A DNA stretch of 64,000 bases from the human T2T-CHM13v2.0 reference genome, Homo sapiens. Positions 38,497 through 50,618 of this stretch are shown piece after piece. Each line of letters begins with the position of its first letter. Position 1 is the stretch's first letter. The notes beneath the pieces were generated by a model. The model ran no database searches. It was not told the DNA's origin and saw only the letters and a program-made list of their open reading frames with translations. Location: assembly GCF_009914755.1 (NCBI RefSeq), contig NC_060932.1, one strand, 5' to 3'. The position numbers and the translations under genes are program-made.

Positions 38497-40403
38497 AGGG
38501 TTCATCAGTTTACCACACAGCGGCCATCTCATGTTGATCAGTGTCGGGGTTCATCAGTTTACCACACGGCAGTCATCTCATGTTGATCAGGGTCGGCGTT
38601 CATCAGTTTACCACACGGCGGCCATCTCACGTTCATCAGGGTCGGGGTTCATCAGTTTACCACACGGCGGTCATCTCACGTTGATCAGGGTCGGGGTTCA
38701 TCAGTTTACCACACGGCGGCCATCTCACGTTCATCAGGGTCGGGGTTCATCAGTTTACCACACGGCGGTCATCTCATGTTCATCAGGGTCGGGGTTCATC
38801 AGTTTACCACACGGCAGCCATCTCATGTTCATCAGGGTCGGGGTACATCAGTTTACCACACGGCGGCCATCTCACGTTCATCAGGGTCGGGGTTCATCAG
38901 TTTACCACACGGCGGCCATCTCACGTTGATCAGGGTCGGGGTTCATCAGTTTACCACACGGCGGTCATCTCACGTTCATCAGGGTCGGGGTTCATCAGTT
39001 TACCACACGGCGGTCATCTCACGTTGATCAGGGTCGGGGTTCATCAGTTTACCACACGGCGGTCATCTCACGTTGATCAGGGTCGGGGTTCATCAGTTTA
39101 CCACACGGCGGCCATCTCACGTTCATCAGGGTCGGGGTTCATCAGTTTACCACACGGCGGCCATCTCACGTTCATCAGGGTCGGGGTTCATCAGTTTACC
39201 ACACGGCGGCCATCTCACGTTCATCAGGGTCGGGGTTCATCAGTTTACCACACGGCGGCCATCTCACGTTCATCAGGGTCGGGGTTCATCAGTTTACCAC
39301 ACGGCGGCCATCTCACGTTGATCAGGGTCGGGGTTCATCAGTTTACCACACGGCGGCCATCTCACGTTCATCAGGGTCGGGGTTCATCAGTTTACCACAC
39401 GGCGGCCATCTCACGTTCATCAGGGTCGGGGTTCATCAGTTTACCACACGGCGGCCATCTCACGTTGATCAGGGTCGGGGTTCATCAGTTTACCACACGG
39501 CGGCCATCTCACGTTGATCAGGGTCGGGGTTCATCAGTTTACCACACGGCGGCCATCTCACGTTCATCAGGGTCGGGGTTCATCAGTTTACCACACGGCG
39601 GCCATCTCACGTTGATCAGGGTCGGGGTTCATCAGTTTACCACACGGCGGCCATCTCACGTTGATCAGGGTCGGGGTTCATCAGTTTACCACACGGCGGT
39701 CATCTCACGTTCATCAGGGTCGGGGTTCATCAGTTTACCACACGGCGGTCATCTCACGTTCATCAGGGTCGGGGTTCATCAGTTTACCACACGGCGGCCA
39801 TCTCATGTTCATCAGGGTCGGGGTTCATCAGTTTACCACACGGCGGCCATCTCACGTTGATCAGGGTCGGGGTTCATCAGTTTACCACACGGCGGCCATC
39901 TCACGTTCATCAGGGTCGGGGTTCATCAGTTTACCACACGGCGGCCATCTCACGTTCATCAGGGTCGGGGTTCATCAGTTTACCACACGGCGGCCATCTC
40001 ACGTTCATCAGGGTCGGGGTTCATCAGTTTACCACACGGCGGCCATCTCACGTTCATCAGGGTCGGGGTTCATCAGTTTACCACACGGCGGCCATCTCAC
40101 GTTCATCAGGGTCGGGGTTCATCAGTTTACGACACGGCGGTCATCTCACGTTCATCAGGGTCGGGGTTCATCAGTTTACCACACGGCGGTCATCTCATGT
40201 TGATCAGGGTCGGGGTTCATCAGTTTACCACACGGCGGTCATCTCATGTTGATCAGGGTCGGGGTTCATCAGTTTACCACACGGCGGTCATCTCATGTTC
40301 ATCAGGGTCGGGGTTCATCAGTTTACCACACGGCGGTCATCTCACGTTGATCAGGGTCGGGGTTCATCAGTTTACCACACGGCGGTCATCTCATGTTGAT
40401 CAG
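38497..40403 (+). repeat. Minisatellite, 49-bp unit GGGGTTCATCAGTTTACCACACGGCGGCCATCTCACGTTCATCAGGGTC, ~39 copies
   Basis: Highly homogeneous tandem array with three main binary variant sites and up to 4 CpG per unit. Confidence 0.98.
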
Positions 40404-40555
40404 AAGCCTTGACAGCAAGCCTAGATGTCTGTTGATTATAAATAAAAATTATTATTTATAAATGCAATTTGTTTGGAAAACAAAAATCAAAGCTTGGGAT
40501 CCATGGAGTTAAAAAATAACTAAAGAATCTCTACTGATTAAAAGATAGTGAGCTA

Positions 40556-40857
40556 GGCAGGGCACAGTGGCTCATGCCTGTAATCCCAGCACTTTGGGAG
40601 GCCGAGGCGGGCAGATCACTTGAGGTCAGGAGTTCAAGACCAGCCTGGCCAAGATGGCGAAACCGCGTCTCTACTGAAAATACAAAAATTAGGCGGGCAT
40701 GGTGGCGCACGCCTGTAATCCTACCTACTCAGGAGGCTGAGGCAGAAGAATAGCTAGAACCCGGGAGGTGGAGATTGCAGTGAGCTGAGATCACAGCACT
40801 GCACTCCAGCCTGGCGGACAAAGCGAGACTCCGTCTCCAAAAAAAAAAAAAAAAAAA
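40556..40857 (+). mobile_element. Full-length AluS (Sz/Sx-like)
   Basis: gatcacttgaggtcaggagttcaagaccagcctggccaa and poly-A. Diverged TSD aaagatagtgagcta / aaagataccgagttg. Confidence 0.95.
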
Positions 40858-40863
40858 GATACC

Positions 40864-40990
40864 GAGTTGAGTGTGGTGGCTCATGCCTGCAGTTTCAGCT
40901 ACTTAGGAGGCTGAGGTGGGAGGATCCCTTGAGCCCAGGAGTTCAAGTCTAGCCTGGGCAACATAGTGAGACCCTGTCTCTAAAATAAGC
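40864..40990 (+). mobile_element. FLAM (free left Alu monomer)
   Basis: ggtggctcatgcctg...cagctac..ggaggatcccttgagcccaggagttcaag..agcctgggcaacatagtgagaccctgtctctaaaa; no right arm. Confidence 0.88.
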
Positions 40991-42623
40991 AAATGCATTA
41001 TTATTTTTTTAAAGACACCAATCCCAGGAGCTGCTTAGATACTCTGCTTTATCACCCATACCTTTGGTCCCAGATCACTCCAGCCTCATCCATACACCCT
41101 TGTGACTTTTAACCTCTAAGTAGTTATCCTAAATCCAGTCCTTAAACAGGATCATACTTGGGGAGAAAACATACATCCTTGAGAAAACAGGAGAATGTTG
41201 AAAATATTTGCCTAAGAAATTAAAGTGCTATATTGAAAAATGACCAAAGCAAGTAAATTGAGTAAAAAGTAGATTTGGGCAATGAATTGTGGAGGAATGC
41301 TAAAAAATGAAATGAAATAAAAATAAAGAAAGAAAAAACTTGAGAACAAGGATTTTTGTGATAAGAAAACACATGGCATTGAAAGCATAATTTAGGGTCA
41401 GAATGTCTGTGTTTCTCCAAGGGATTCAACACCAGCCTGTTGGCAGTGGACCTGACCCTGACCAGTCACGGAAGCCAACTGGGAACCAACGAGGGTAACA
41501 GTTAGCTGCTCTCAGTGCCACACCGGACGAGGATATGGGGACTAATGCTGAAAAGCCACGGGGCGTTGATAAGGCACTAGCGATAATCACTGACCTGAGC
41601 CCGTTCTTATTCAAATTCAGTAAGTGTATTTCAGACTGTCATCCTATGCCCAAAACTGAGACAGATGCTGCATCCTGGACTTGATGATTATTTTTTGAAC
41701 GATCATGTGATGTTGCCTGGAGGTTGTGTAACTGCACCTGCTCCGGCAACTTTCATGACTCAGCACAGAGGAAGAAGCCGAGCGCGATTCTCCAACACAC
41801 TGGGGTACGTACTGGCTGGCCTAAGTCCTGGGTCGTCCAAGAGCAATAGTTGTTCACAATGATGGGTCAAGTCACCTCCAGAGTGTATATTATAACTAAT
41901 GTAACCTATTTGAGAAAGAATGAAGGGTTTATGTTTTTTGAGAATATTTCCATTAGGCGGGCTTAGAAAATGTAGATACTTAAACAGTTTAGCATCTAGA
42001 AGACCATAGAACTATTAGAGAATCTGTTACTGAAAATTCGCCTGTCATTTTATGGCAGGATACTGGCAGAGTATTTCATCAGGCTGCAACATGGCTGCAT
42101 TTTTCTCCTCATTACGCAAGATGTATCCAAGACATTTTCCCTGTTTCAGGTCATTACTCATCTTGCGCAGCCACTGAGCAAAGCGGGTCACGAGGTCCTC
42201 AACCGTGAAGTGGCGACGTGAGACACACGACCTCCTGTAACCCTTCAGCCTCCAAGAGTCTGCGATTCAGTAGACACAAACTCGCTGTGAAGGATGGGGC
42301 CACTCACACAGAGGCGCGCCACCCGCCTCACCCTCTGAGGGTGACTTTCCACAGCTGGGACTGGAGGACCCTGGGGCAGATTTAAAAACTATGATCCCAG
42401 ATGCACAGACCCAGAGTAACCGCAGCCTGGCTTGTGTTGCTCGGGGGGTGACAAGGGGCACTGGGCAACCCTGCTGGCTGAGACTCAGCCCCAGCCACCT
42501 TCCAAGGTTCTAGAATGTTCCAGAACCAAAAAGAGAAGCAGATGGCTACAAGTGAGGGAAATACTATTTCTCAGTGATCATTTACAACCAGCAGCTCCTA
42601 AATGCTTTTTAAAAAGGTTGATG

Positions 42624-43200
42624 AGGGATCTAGAACTAGAAATACCATTTGACCCAGCCATCCCATTACTGGGTATATACCCAAAGGACTATAAATCATG
42701 CTGCTATAAAGACACATGCACACGTATGTTTATTGTGGCATTATTCACAATAGCAAAGACTTGGAACCAACCCAAATGTCCAACAATGATAGACGGGATT
42801 AAGAAAATGTGGCACATATACACCATGGAATACTATGCAGCCATAAAAAATGATGAGTTCATATCCTTTGTAGGGACATGGATGAAATTGGAAATCATCA
42901 TTCTCAGTAAACTATCGCAAGAACAAAAAACCAAACACCACATATTCTCACTCATAGGTGGGAATTGAACAATGAGAACACGTGGACACAGGAAGGGGAA
43001 CATCACACTCTGGGGACTGTTGTGGGGTGGGCGGAGGGGGGAGGGACAGCACTGGGAGATATACCTAATGCTAGATGATGAGTTAGTGGGTGCAGCGCAC
43101 CTGCATGGCACATGTATACATATGTAACTAACTTGCACAATGTGCACATGTACCCTAAAACTTAAAGTATAATAATAATAATAATAAAAAGAGATTAAAA
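42624..43200 (+). mobile_element. 5'-truncated young L1 (L1PA2-like), ~570 bp
   Basis: Intact ORF2p C-terminus (RDLELEIPFDPAIPLLGIYP...FSLIGGN*), 3'UTR with GAG rather than the Ta-type ACA, and (taa)n tail. TSD aaaaaggttgatga / aaaagttgatga. Confidence 0.95.
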
Positions 43201-43923
43201 TAAAAGTTGATGACTTCACTAATTCAAAGAGACACAGTCATTCCTGGAGGCAGGGAGTGCAGGAAGAGCCAGCAGGGTGCAGCAGCAGTCTTTGAAATAG
43301 CAGGAAAATCCCACTTGGACACTTTGTCTGTGCAGATCCACATCTCCATGGAGAAGAAGCCTAACTCCTAAGTTTAGATCTACCTCTGTTTAGCATTCCC
43401 TGCACAGCATGACGTGAATGCAGAGGGGGATGACATTTGCTGACTGGTACATCTAAAGACCTATCAAGGAAGAATGGGACTTGCCCTTAGGCCGAGAAGG
43501 CCTAGATGCGTCCGTCATCCCTGGCCAGCTCTTGTTCTTGGTGTGCCCACTGAGCAGCATGAGGGCAGCCTCAAAGGCTCTCTTGCCGAGCAAACACTGC
43601 CAAATGTCACTGCACAAACCACCGAGTCAGGATCCTTCTCTGAAGGCTTCTCTGCCTACTGGGCACATAGAAACGAGTTTAAAAGCTGCAGACAATTGAT
43701 TTCAAGGGAAGATAGCTGGTGCTGAAGTGATTCCAAAGTGGTGAGTTTGGGCAGCCTGACCAGCTGCTGCCATGGAGGGCTGTGCAGAGCTGCCTGCCCT
43801 GAGGGCTATGCCTGGCACAGTGAGGCCTCTCAAAACCATTCTTGTGAATGCCCTGCTGCTCTCTCAGCACTCCATTTTCATGAACTATTTTGAAGTCAGT
43901 GGAAATGGGTTTCTCAGGGCCCT

Positions 43924-44277
43924 GGCTACGGTTTGAACATGTCCCCAAAGTTCAGGTGTTAGAAATTTAACCCCAGTGCAACCATGCTGAGCGGGAGCCT
44001 TAAGAAGTGATGGGGTCACAAAGGCTCTGCCCTGCTGAATGGATTAATGCCATTATCATGGGAGTGGGTTTGTTGTGAAAGTGAAATCAGCCCTTCCTCA
44101 CTGTCTCACCACATGGTGCCTTCTGCCATGTGATAAGGCAGCGAGAAGCCCTTACCGATGCAGCCCTTAATCTGGGACTTCCCAGCCTCCAGAAGCATAA
44201 GCCACATGGACTTCTACTGTTTATAAATTACCAAGTCTGTGGTATTCTGTTACAGCAGCAAAAAGCAGACTGAGACA
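43924..44277 (+). mobile_element. MST (MSTB/C-like) MaLR LTR
   Basis: tgtccccaaagttca..gaatggattaatgccattatc...ggacttcccagcctccagaa...tttataaattacc.agtctgtggtattctgttacagcagca...gactgagaca. Confidence 0.88.
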
Positions 44278-45904
44278 GTTGGTCTTCAGAGAGCAGACCT
44301 TTTCATATTTGAGGATATTTCATCCTTCAGGGATACTTCTCTTATTTTCTCTAAAAGTAAGAAAAATAAAAGCCAGAAGGAAGAGCAATGAGTGAACACC
44401 ACACTTTCTCTCACACCTCAAGTGGAAAATACACCTTTCTTAAATCAGTGAGTGAACAGTCCCGGATGGCTTCACAATAGCATGTTGTAGAATCAATGCA
44501 TTCTTCTTAAAACTGCCTATAAAAAGAAAAAAACTATATTCAACAGCTGCAATGCTGTGCTCTTTTATTCCACCACAATGCTGGAATTATAAGCACAATT
44601 CTCCCTTCGCATCCCTCTTGCATCAACCAAAAGTTGAGTTGCGAAGTGGAGTGAAAACTATTAAATAATCACCATATACATTTGTTTTTGAATATTCACT
44701 TTTCTGCAAAAACGTGGTTTTACCACATCTTTAGCTAATATCCTCTAAAGAAAGTGAACAACTTTAGTCCATGGGAAGTACATTATGAGGCCTCAAAGCG
44801 AAGATGCTGATAAACCTCAACCCTTTCTGCCTCAGTGTAAGCCTTTCCGTCTTGAACTATATGTGTTAACAAACAAGTGAAGTTTTTTGTTTTTGCTATG
44901 AGTTCAGGAGACAGGGAAAGATGGGTAGCCCACAGCCTCGTGTCTGGCAGAGTGAAAGGGTGGGCTGGTTCCTGGTATACTGATGTTCTCAGTGTCTACA
45001 GGTCCCTTTGTGCAAAGCAGCCTGCCTGCCCTGCAACGTCCTCTTTCAAGAGCTGTTTGGACCTGAGCTTTCCCAGGATCTGACCTCCCTCATGCTTGAA
45101 TGGATACTACAGCCAGTTAGATCAGTGTCATCCAATCTGAGAAGTCACACTCCTCAAAGACCCCAAAGACCTGAGACTCAAGAAATCTTTACCTGAGGGA
45201 CCAACATGTAGTTCAGTAAGAAAACACTTTTAAATTGTGACTTAACAGTAAAAAAGAGAAGTATTTTATTTACAGCATTTAATTTGAAAAGAATTCGTCA
45301 TAAGTGCTGTGATGGATTTGAGGTGACTGTCAGTTTGGCAGCAGAAATATGTTTCTCAAACACACATAGTTCCCAAGAATATACCAACGAACCTCATAGG
45401 TTCTGAAGACTGCAGTTAAAGAAACACATTTTGATATGGTTACTCTTATATCCAGGTTCATTTTCTCCAAATAACTATACCTTCATTCATTAATGTGTCA
45501 TTTCTTTCAGGAACTATTTTCTGAGTCTCAAACATATTTCATAGCACTCTCAAGCTTGAGGTTCTGCCTGAACATGCTCCTCCTCCTTTTCTTTTGTGAC
45601 TCTTCATTTCGTATGGAGTTAAACCTGAGCTCCTATATGTGGCTTTCATAATTATCCAAGAGTATTTTCTGGACATTTCCAATTCTGACCCATTTCTGTA
45701 GTCCCAAAAGAACTCTTAGCACACAGCTCTGTCCATTTACTTGACTTATTCATTTCTTTTGTAACCACTAGCTACATTCTAATTTCTTCAGAGAACTGTG
45801 CCAGGCACTTCCTGGGGTTCAAAGAAAAATTCAGCAGAGTCCTCCTTCATGACAGACCCTGCCATCAGCACTGGAAATCTCCCTGCAGAGGGCTTATGGT
45901 CTAA

Positions 45905-46110
45905 TAACACTGTGCTTAGGGCCACAGGGTTTGGAATCAGATCTGTGTGAATTTGAGTCCCGGTTCTGCCGCTTAACAAGGAGTCACACAATCACTTACC
46001 CACACCTGAGGCCCAATGTCTCCACCTACCCAAGAGTGGGCGAATCGCATGGCGTTGTTGCAAGCATCGTCTGAGAACCAAGGTAACGAACCGACTGCTG
46101 ATCCAAGGCA
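45905..46110 (+). mobile_element. MIR relic
   Basis: gggtttggaatcagatct..gagtcccggttctgccgctta...tcactta. Confidence 0.55.
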
Positions 46111-46669
46111 GGCACTCAACCGTAGGATTTTAAGGTCCACAGATGTGGGAATGAAGAACTCCACAGAAGATAACGATGGAAACTGACAGAAGTGAGTGAG
46201 ATGTTAGTTCGGAGGGAAAGGAAATCTTCACAACACCCTGTCTTAGCAGGATCACCCTTCCTTCTTTCCATCATTCAGGTTCCATGAGTGACCAGCCCAG
46301 GTTGCTCATGTCCTAGGGTCCTTCCTGAGCATTTCAGACCTGGGTGCCTCCCGCACTCACACTCAGTTCCTACCTTGTTCCAGGCCCTGCCATCAGCCCA
46401 GAGAGCCATGGTAAGACTCACCATTTCCTTTGGAAGTCTCATGGGCTGTCTTCCTGTCCTCTCACCTCACCTTCTGACCTCCCAGATTCAGCCCGTGTGC
46501 CAGGGCTTCTCAGCCCTTTCTGTGGGTGGTGGAGAAACACGTCCCCTTCTCCACCTCACCATCTCAGGAACACAGTCCTTTCCCCCTGGCCTTTTATACT
46601 CTGGGGCCAGAATCCAAATAGTCTATGAATCTCTACCACTCAGTTTAGCCTCTCCCTCAGTATGTTTCA

Positions 46670-46930
46670 AGCAGCACTAATCTTACAAAATGTTCCCAGA
46701 AGAAACTGTTTCTGGGGCCAACTAATTATGGGAAACATGGCTCTCTGTATCTTCCTCTTGGAGATTTAAAGTATGTTTTGACTATGAGAAATCTTGCAGT
46801 AAGGAAGCCTGTTGATATTTGCCCAACCCAGCATTTCCCAAACTCACTTGTCCATGGAACCCTCCTGCAAGTGACCGCCACACACAATCAACAGGGCCAG
46901 GCTCCACCAGGCATGTTCTGGGAAATGTGC
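46670..46930. mobile_element. hAT-Charlie DNA transposon relic (MER103-like)
   Basis: gcagtaaggaagcctgtt...aacccagcatttcccaaact...tgggaaatg. Confidence 0.45.
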
Positions 46931-47209
46931 CGTATGTAGCTTTGTTCTGTTTCCACTTTTGTCAGATTCGATGGCAACAAGATTGAAGGCGCCCTGAGAT
47001 AAGTGACTTTGTTTTGAATTGTTTAGTAATAATAATAGCTAATTCGTAATTCTAAGCACCAGATGGGCATAAAGTAAGTTCTCAATAAGTGCCCCTTGAC
47101 AGCTCAGCCTCCCTGGAGTGATCATTTTTCAGATCTCAAATTTACCTGACTCACACAAATGTCATTTGGCTTTGGCTGTATGCATGCCCGGCCTCACTGC
47201 TTTGGTGTA

Positions 47210-47870
47210 TTTTTAAATAAATGATTTTTAGAGCAGTTTTAGATTCAGAGCAAAGCTGAGCAGAAAGTACAGAGATTTCCCACGTACCCACCTCCCCGCA
47301 TGCATAGCCTCCCCCATTATCAACATCCCCCACCAGAGTGATGCATTTGTTACAGTCCATGAACCTCCATTGACACACTATTGTCACCCAGAGTCCACAG
47401 CTCACATCAGGGCTCACCACTGGTGCTGTACATTCTATAGGTTTGGGAAAATATATAGTGGCATGAACTCATCATTGCAGTATCACACAGAGTAGATCGT
47501 CTGCCTTAAAGATCCCTGTGCTCCACCTGTTCATCCTTCCCCACACCACCAGGCCTTATCTTTCACTGTGTTGGTAATTCTGCTTTTTCCAGGATGTCCT
47601 GTAGTTGGAAGCACACGGGGTGTAGCCTTCTCAGACTGGCTTCTTTCACTCATTTATGCATTTAAATTTCCCCCATATTTTTTCATGCCTTGATAGCTCA
47701 TTTCTTTTTGCGTTGAATAATATTCCACTGCCTGGACACACCACAGTTTATCCATTCATCTACTGAAGGACATCTTGGTTGATTCTGAGTTTGGGTGATT
47801 ATGAATAAAAACAAATAAGCTTCCATAAACATCCATGTGCGGGTGTTTGTATGGATGTAAGCTTTGGTGC
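47210..47870 (-). mobile_element. L1MC1-like 3' fragment
   Basis: ttttagagcagttttagattca...agcagaaagtacagagatttccc...atcaacatcccccaccagagtg...ctactgaaggacatcttggttg. Confidence 0.88.
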
Positions 47871-48799
47871 ATTTTTGGTGTGTGCTCTTGAAAACCGGGC
47901 TGACAGTTATCTGAACCAAGCCTGGAGAGCAGGACGTGCCCTGGCTGGCCCCTCACCTGGTTCTGAACAGTGAGAGGCATTTTGACCCCCTACACTTCAG
48001 GAATGTGACTTCTAGAGTGAGGCTCGGCCTGGCCCGAGGCTGAGCGAATTATCTAGCTCTTAACTTAGGAGTGTCTGAAGGTAAAGAGAGATAGGAATAG
48101 GCAAATAGCACTTCGCTTCTTAGCAAGAAATTGCAGCAGGTAAGTTTGGAGTATAGAAAGAGGAAAGATGGTTTTAAGTGTTTCTTTAAGCAGCTCTCCA
48201 AAGATTACAAACTTTCATGAGAATAAGTGAATTTTCTGGTTCAGAGATTGCAGTTCAAATCTGTTCTACCTTGTAGACAATTTGATCCATGCCGAACAGA
48301 AATGTAATAGAGGAACGGAAGGGTGCTAGCTTAAGTCACGACTTGGATTAAATTGAGAAATTCAGGTCTTGTTGTTAGAAAGTATGGCTCCCATCTCATA
48401 AACAATTCTGAATCTGCAGCCTGCAAGCCCCAACCCGGGCCTGTCCTTGACTGAGTTTGTTCCCATCAGATGCTCACTGCAAAGCTTTTGGGGGACATAG
48501 CGCTTGCGTTCTAAGCGGGCTCTGAGATAACTTACTGGGGTTCCACTAGTACCTTGTGAGCCATTGCCACTCCCCCTCTATGATGACCTCGCCCAGGGCT
48601 AAGGGGAAAAAGCAGCAGGGCCCCCATGGACCTATCCAAAAGGAGATTAATCCAGGGTACTCAGGAAAATCTGTGTTGGAAATCCCTGAAAAAACATGGA
48701 AGCAGCATGGTGTGTGATTCAGTACAAACTACAAAAAACCTGGAGAAACAAGGCTTCCACGTGAGATTCGTGGGAGCTCTGTGACCTTACGCCACCAGC

Positions 48800-48970
48800 T
48801 CTAAATCAGCATTCCCTCACGTGTTTGCATAAACTTAGTGATAATACTTATTGTAATTTAAATTAATTAAAATAGAATAAAATGAAAACTTCAGTTCCCC
48901 AGCCTCGAAGGCTGCGGTATCCTACACACAGTGAAGAAGACCCTGCCAGAGAAAGCTCCCCTGGCAGCTG
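48800..48970. mobile_element. MER33/MER3-like hAT relic
   Basis: tttaaattaattaaaatagaataaaatgaaaacttcagttcc...agaaagctcc..ggcagctg. Confidence 0.5.
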
Positions 48971-50247
48971 TGGAGAGCCGGGCCTTACGGGAATGCTCTG
49001 ACACTTGCTGCGTGAACTGGTGACTGCAGAAAGGAAACAGGCTCACATGGCACACGGGAGGGTTGCTCCAGGCCTTTTTGGCTTTCTCAGCAGCAGGATG
49101 CTGATCAAGGTACAGCGAAACCTATCGGTTCGAATCCACTCTGGCAGAACCACCGCAGCCCATGCAAGGCAAGGACCTGAGAGGGGCAAGAGTGTGGGAG
49201 AACCAGCCCCACCCTACTCCCCGCAGTCCCAGCTTCCTGCTTGACAAATGTATACAGAGGCTGCTATTTCTCTTTGAAACATCCCATGTAGATTTCATTA
49301 AAAAAAAAAAACCTCAAAACTCACAAGATTCCCACTTACTTAAAGATCACTGTCATAACCTGGTTAGCAATCATCACACACAGCAGGCCTGCAAAGGGAC
49401 CAACATCTGCTCAGAGGGAGGGAGCCTGGCCTAGATCCACTGGTACAGACACTGAGGGAGCCCTGAACTGCTGAGAGAGGAAAAGTGTTTTAGGGTTCAC
49501 CTGCTGGGAGGCCCCAGGTTTCCATCTACAGCTAAAGAAACACTTGGAGTTTGCAGAGGGGCCGTGGTGCACTCATCTGCACACACACCTCCAGCACTAG
49601 ACACCCTGGGGGTGTGGCTGCAGGTGGACGCTGAGCTGTCCCTGTCCTCAGGCTTCACACACCAGCCACCACAGGTGACAGGAGGGCTGGACAGGTGGGA
49701 TCTCTGGAGGTCACATGCAGCCGGTCTGAAAAACGGGCAACTTTGAAGGCAAAGGAGATGAGGGAGGCCAGGAGAGGGGCAGGTGCTTAGGACAAAGGCA
49801 GGAGGTGAGACAAAGCATCTAGGCAATGGGGCCACAGGGCCATGGGGACAGAGAAGGTGGCATTCCCCAGGAACAGGCCCCAGGGAAGCCCACCTACGCT
49901 GTGATGGGAGGGAGATACAAGGACACAGTAACCATTTTAGATAGAGAGCAGATTATAAACTTAATGCATAAGGTATACGCTATCATGCAGACAATATCTG
50001 AAAATATAAACATAGGTGCTGCATCCTGTATTTATACAACCATAAATATACATAGACTATAAGTAGATAAACAACCAGAGGCTGAAAAGCAGAGAAGTTA
50101 ACACTTTGTGACATATTTATCTATGTAGGGCTGGACCAACCGCCAGTGGGATTTCAACTCCTGGATGTTAGGACAGTTTTTAGGGTACTTTCTTGGTGGA
50201 AGGATCCTAGACTCAGACTGAACCAGTTTAAGTATCATTTTAGATCC

Positions 50248-50618
50248 CAGGTTAGCTTGCTGGAGCTGCCATAACAAAGCACCATAGACTGCATGGCTTA
50301 AACAACAGACATTTCTCTCTCACAACCCTGGAGGCTGGAAGTCCCAGATCAAGGTGTGGGCAGGGCTGGTTCCTCCTGAGGCCTCTCTCCTTGGCATGCA
50401 GATGCCATCCTCTCCCTGTGTCTTCACACGATCATCCCTCTGTATGTGTCTGTGTCCTCATGTCCTCTTAGGAGGATGCCAGATTGCATCAGGGCCAACC
50501 TGGTGACCTCACTTTACGCTAATCACCTCCCTAAAGGCCCTGTCTCCAAATCTAGTCCCATCAGGGGTAAGGACTTCAACATAAGAATTTGGGCAGGAGA
50601 AAATCCAACCCATAACAG
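50248..50618 (-). mobile_element. MLT1A/B MaLR LTR
   Basis: gctgccataacaaagcaccatagactg..ggcttaaacaacaga...ctggaggctggaagtcc.agatcaaggtgt...cttcaacata...aacccataaca. Confidence 0.88.

Noticed and set aside
38497-40403. CRISPR-like array or a 278-aa repeat protein
   Set aside because: The units are contiguous with no unique spacers and there are no cas genes. The ORFs are the 49-mer read through three frames and end at TGA variants.
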